From contig CAVVLT010000005.1 of NCBI GenBank assembly GCA_963749105.1, forward strand, positions 160,299 to 224,298: a stretch of 64,000 nucleotides of DNA, read 5' to 3'. The notes under the pieces are model-generated. The model was not told the DNA's origin, made no database searches, and saw nothing but the letters and a program-made list of their open reading frames with translations. The DNA is from Bryobacterales bacterium (lineage in GTDB: Bacteria; Acidobacteriota; Terriglobia; Bryobacterales; Bryobacteraceae). The position numbers and the translations under genes are program-made. Below, piece after piece: positions 60,527 through 64,000 of this stretch. The stretch's first letter is position 1; each line of letters opens with the position of its first letter.

Positions 60527-62473
60527 GTGCCGTCTGTTGGATGGGGGACACAGCACCTAGTGGCGAGTGGTCCACTTGAGCAGGCATTGCGACGAAATTT
60601 CCCGATTGGTGCTGAGGTTCACCTTTCGCAAGGAGTCGATTTTCGCGTTTGGGCTCCGAGCGCGAAGAAGGTCCGCGTAATCTTTGAGGGAAGCGAGGAA
60701 GGCGTTGAACCACTGGCGCTAGTTCGAGATGATTCTGGTTATCATGCAGGATTGTCGCCGAACGTCGGCTCCGGCACTCTTTACCGCTTCGAGCTGGACG
60801 GCAAATCTGAAATCTATCCCGATCCAGCTTCACGCTTCCAACCCGATGGGCCGCATGGCCCTTCTGAAGTGATCGACCCTTCCGCTTTTCCATGGACAGA
60901 CGGGAAGTGGTCCGGCGTCAAAATTGAAAACCAGATTCTTTATGAGATGCATATCGGTACCTTTACGAAGAAGGGTACGTGGCAAGCTGCGATAGAGGAA
61001 CTGAAAGAACTTGCCGACATTGGCATCACTGTAATAGAAATCATGCCGATCGCTGATTTCCCGGGCCGCTTCGGCTGGGGTTACGACGGTGTTGATTTGT
61101 TTGCACCTACCTGGCTGTACGGTCGCCCTGACGATTTCAGAACGTTCGTCAATGAAGCACATGCATTGGGTTTAGCGGTTATTCTGGACGTCGTATACAA
61201 TCACCTCGGACCCGATGGGAATTTCCTACCGTTTTTTTCTCCCGATTACTTCAATCCGAAAATTCAGACCGACTGGGGAAATGCCATTAATTTCGACGGG
61301 CCCAATTGCCAACCCGTGCGGGAATTCTATCTTACGAATGCAGCCTATTGGGTGAAGGAATTTCATCTGGATGGCTTGCGGTTAGACGCTACGCAGGATA
61401 TACATGACACTTCGTCTCCTCACCTTTTGGCGGAAATGTCGACTTGTACGCGGGAAGCCGCCAAAGGCCGCAACATCATTCTAATCGCGGAAAATGAGCC
61501 GCAGGATACTCGCTTGGTGCGCTCCCAATCTGCCAAGGGCTATGGCCTGGACGCACTTTGGAATGACGATTTTCACCACAGCGCGATCGTTGCGCTCACT
61601 GGCCGCAACGAAGCGTATTACTCCGACTATAACGGCGCGCCGCAAGAGTTCGTCTCCGCCATCAAATACGGCTACTTGTATCAGGGCCAGTGGTATCTGT
61701 GGCAGAAGGGCCGGCGAGGTACTTTCGGACTCGATATACCGCCTGCGGCCTTTGTCACGTTTATTCAAAATCACGATCAAATTGCAAATACCGCGCGTGG
61801 TGAGCGGCCAAATATTTTGGCGCCTCGAAGCAAATACAAGGCTCTCACCGCGCTACTGCTATTGGCCCCCAACACGCCAATGTTGTTTCAAGGCCAGGAA
61901 TTCGGCGCTACCACTCCTTTTCTTTATTTTTGCGACCACCGGAACGAGTTATCTAAGATGGTGCGCGAGGGTCGCTCTAAGTTTCTCGCGCAGTTTCGCA
62001 CTTTAGCTTTGCCCGAGATGCAAACTGTGTTTGGCGATCCGGGCAATCCATCCACCTTCGAGGCATCGAAGTTGGATTTTTCGGAACGTCAGAAGAATGC
62101 TGCAATGTATAACCTGCACAAAGATCTACTCGCACTTCGCCGCAAGGATCCGGTCTTTCGTCAGCAGCGCAAGGGGGCAGTGGATGGAGCGGTGATTGGT
62201 ACTAATGCGTTCGCGCTGCGTTTTTTCGGTGGCGCCGAAAACGGTGACCGCATCCTGTTTGTCAATTTGGGCCGCGACCTCCATTTCAATCCCGCTCCTG
62301 AACCATTGCTAGCCCCGCCACCCGATCACCGCTGGACCGTTATTTGGTCAAGTGAACATCCCGACTACGGCGGCTACGGTACCTACCCGCCTGATAGCAG
62401 TGAGAACTGGCGTATCTCAGGCTATTCCGCCGTTGTTCTCTGGGCAGAGAAACTGGACGAAGACAATGCTTAG
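60527..62473 (+). CDS. treZ: Malto-oligosyltrehalose trehalohydrolase (GH13)
   Basis: FRVWAPSAKKVRV, YEMHIGTFT, FGWGYDGVDLFAP, LDVVYNHLGPDGN, GLRLDATQ, LIAENE and FIQNHDQ match GH13 conserved regions in TreZ order. The start is uncertain: non-ATG at 60527 as tracked, with an alternative GTG at 60560. Confidence 0.9.
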   Translation: MPSVGWGTQHLVASGPLEQALRRNFPIGAEVHLSQGVDFRVWAPSAKKVRVIFEGSEEGVEPLALVRDDSGYHAGLSPNVGSGTLYRFELDGKSEIYPDPASRFQPDGPHGPSEVIDPSAFPWTDGKWSGVKIENQILYEMHIGTFTKKGTWQAAIEELKELADIGITVIEIMPIADFPGRFGWGYDGVDLFAPTWLYGRPDDFRTFVNEAHALGLAVILDVVYNHLGPDGNFLPFFSPDYFNPKIQTDWGNAINFDGPNCQPVREFYLTNAAYWVKEFHLDGLRLDATQDIHDTSSPHLLAEMSTCTREAAKGRNIILIAENEPQDTRLVRSQSAKGYGLDALWNDDFHHSAIVALTGRNEAYYSDYNGAPQEFVSAIKYGYLYQGQWYLWQKGRRGTFGLDIPPAAFVTFIQNHDQIANTARGERPNILAPRSKYKALTALLLLAPNTPMLFQGQEFGATTPFLYFCDHRNELSKMVREGRSKFLAQFRTLALPEMQTVFGDPGNPSTFEASKLDFSERQKNAAMYNLHKDLLALRRKDPVFRQQRKGAVDGAVIGTNAFALRFFGGAENGDRILFVNLGRDLHFNPAPEPLLAPPPDHRWTVIWSSEHPDYGGYGTYPPDSSENWRISGYSAVVLWAEKLDEDNA

Positions 62474-64000
62474 GGGAAAGCGTTTAATTCAAGGTGTTCG
62501 ACCCGCTTCAGATCAAGACCCGCACCTTCATCAGGAATGGCTCCTGACGAATGGCCTCGGTGGCTACGCTTCAGGCACGGTATCGGGAGAATTGACTCGG
62601 CGCTATCACGGCCTTTTGATTGCGGCGCTGCCCAATCCATGGGGTCGCTACTTGATGTTGACAGCGCTGTCGGAGCGCTGTAACCTGCCTAAGCAGGAAC
62701 CCGTGTTTCTGGGCTCTTGCGAGCTTTGGGGCACGGTTGAGCACGATTGCAGTTTACTTCCAAGTGAATTCTCTTTGGAGTTGGGTTTCCCCGTTTGGAC
62801 ATACCGGGTGGGCGGCAACGTTGTCGAGAAAAGCTTGTTCATGCTGAATGGACAAAATACCGTTCATGTAAACTATCGCCTCGTTTCGAGTACGCCGTCG
62901 TTAGAATCGCTTTCGGTAGATGTCCTCGCGGGATTGAATTTTCGGCCACATGGCGCCGATGTCACTGCGCCTTTGGATGAGCATTTCGAGATAAACTCCA
63001 ATGCCGATGGCTTTGAGATTTGTGCTCACGGGGAAGGTCCCGTCTTGCGCCTGGCTTGTTCCCCGAGTGTGCCGCGTCTGGTCGAGCAACGGAGTGTTCA
63101 GTGCATCGACTATCGAACGGAACAAAGTCGTGGTTATCCTTATCGAGGCCCCGTTTTTACCCCTGGGTTCTTTACTTTGTGTCTGAAACCTCAGGAAGAA
63201 GTCACCTTCATTGCTTCCACTGATTCGTGGGATGTGATTCGCGCGCTCTCGCCTGTTGAGGCGCGAGGCTTGTCCATGCAGCGACGAAGATCTCTCTTAC
63301 AGCGGGTCCCGCCGGCCATGCGCGATGGTCCAAGTGCCGAGCTAGTTCTCGCGGCTGATCAGTTTGTGATCATGCCGCGTGGACGTGCGAACGACGAAAT
63401 ACGCGCTCAGGTGTCGGGAAATGAATTGCGCACAGTCATCGCCGGCTATTATTGGTTTACTGATTGGGGACGTGACACGATGATCAGTTTGGAAGGGCTG
63501 ACTCTCACCACAGGCCGATCGTTTGAAGCGCGCTGGATTCTTCGCACTTTTGCACACTACATAAAGAACGGACTGATTCCTAATATGTTCCCGGAGGGGA
63601 CAAACGAGGGCCTTTATCACACGGCTGACGCCACACTGTGGTTCTTTCACGCGCTTTCTCGTTATTGGCATGCGACACAGGACGAGGCCACTCTGCGTCA
63701 AATATTGCCAGCTCTCGAAGATATTGTCCAGAAGCACATAAGAGGGACTTCTTTCGGAATTCATGTTGACGACAAAGACGGTCTGTTGAGTCAAGGGGCG
63801 GAAGGCTATCAACTAACCTGGATGGACGCTAAGGTAAATGGTTGGGTTGTTACGCCCCGCCGAGGGAAAGCCGTCGAGATTAATGCGCTCTGGTATAACG
63901 CGCTCTGCTTATTAGCCGGCTGGAAAGATCTGATCGAAGGCCAAGGCGCCGGACGGAGTCTTGCGGAACGAGCGGAAGGGGTCCGCCAATCTTTTAACCG
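62466..64000 (+). CDS. Glycogen debranching enzyme (amylo-alpha-1,6-glucosidase, GDE_N/GDE_C type), 3' end beyond the window
   Basis: This ORF is absent from the track because it has no stop inside the window. I translated it by hand from ATG 62466 (8-nt overlap with treZ) and found no in-frame stops down to ~63380; the frame remains consistent with the motifs further downstream. It reads MLRGKRLIQ...HQEWLLTNGLGGYASGTVSGELTRRYHGLLIAALP and later VIAGYYWFTDWGRDTMISLEGLTL...GYQLTWMDAKVNGWVVTPRRGKAVEINALWYNAL. Confidence 0.85.
   Translation, partial: MLRGKRLIQGVRPASDQDPHLHQEWLLTNGLGGYASGTVSGELTRRYHGLLIAALPNPWGRYLMLTALSERCNLPKQEPVFLGSCELWGTVEHDCSLLPSEFSLELGFPVWTYRVGGNVVEKSLFMLNGQNTVHVNYRLVSSTPSLESLSVDVLAGLNFRPHGADVTAPLDEHFEINSNADGFEICAHGEGPVLRLACSPSVPRLVEQRSVQCIDYRTEQSRGYPYRGPVFTPGFFTLCLKPQEEVTFIASTDSWDVIRALSPVEARGLSMQRRRSLLQRVPPAMRDGPSAELVLAADQFVIMPRGRANDEIRAQVSGNELRTVIAGYYWFTDWGRDTMISLEGLTLTTGRSFEARWILRTFAHYIKNGLIPNMFPEGTNEGLYHTADATLWFFHALSRYWHATQDEATLRQILPALEDIVQKHIRGTSFGIHVDDKDGLLSQGAEGYQLTWMDAKVNGWVVTPRRGKAVEINALWYNALCLLAGWKDLIEGQGAGRSLAERAEGVRQSFN

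Noticed and set aside
1-64000. A search by eye for CRISPR repeats, tRNA/rRNA genes, IS elements, integrases, or direct repeats flanking the accessory blocks.
   Set aside because: I found no regularly spaced repeats, no tRNA-like GGTTCGAATCC arms in intergenic regions, and no transposase or integrase-like ORF. Absence cannot be proven without tRNAscan, Infernal or repeat-finder runs.

Overview
This is a moderately GC-rich, gene-dense bacterial chromosomal window. I saw no rRNA, tRNA, CRISPR array, transposase or integrase. The gene content looks Acidobacteriota-like: a CarboxypepD_reg-type TonB receptor, many membrane-anchored c-type cytochromes, paired PQQ enzymes, and Sel1/YVTN lipoproteins. 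That assignment is inference only.

Layout:
1. 69-9541 (+): a nine-gene, essentially gap-free respiratory operon. It encodes a caa3-type cytochrome oxidase (subunit II::cyt c, I, III), an unassigned 6-TM protein, a dihaem cytochrome c lipoprotein, a Rieske protein, a cytochrome b::cyt c fusion, a CtaG::NapH/FixG-like polyferredoxin fusion, and a small secreted anchor protein.
2. 9.5-17.4 kb (-): an FAD oxidoreductase, ppdK, glyS and glyQ, plus a frameshifted and truncated recO remnant.
3. 17.7-25.4 kb: an accessory-looking stretch with orphan proteins, a beta-lactamase-fold hydrolase, an esterase and an atypical Hsp70-like ATPase.
4. 25.5-38.9 kb: a STAS protein, a split biotin carboxylase/BCCP pair, a Uma2 nuclease, truA, pyrE, two tandem oversized TolC-like genes, a leaderless BtuF-like binding protein, ypdA and alaS.
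5. 38.9-51.6 kb: a periplasmic redox island. It holds a TonB receptor-Sel1-dihaem peroxidase-cupredoxin-beta-propeller operon, a divergent ECF sigma/anti-sigma pair, and two tandem cytochrome c + PQQ dehydrogenase modules.
6. 51.6-56.2 kb (-): a four-gene, translationally coupled cassette with no recognisable family. It encodes a secreted protein, a ~900-aa orphan, a possible CHAT/caspase-like protein and a small membrane protein. This is my best candidate for an undescribed system.
7. 56.7-64 kb (+): a PQQ sugar dehydrogenase::cytochrome c fusion, a DUF885 protein, treZ, and a 5' partial glycogen-debranching enzyme that runs off the window.

All functional calls come from motifs read by eye in the translated ORFs. 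No database search was run.
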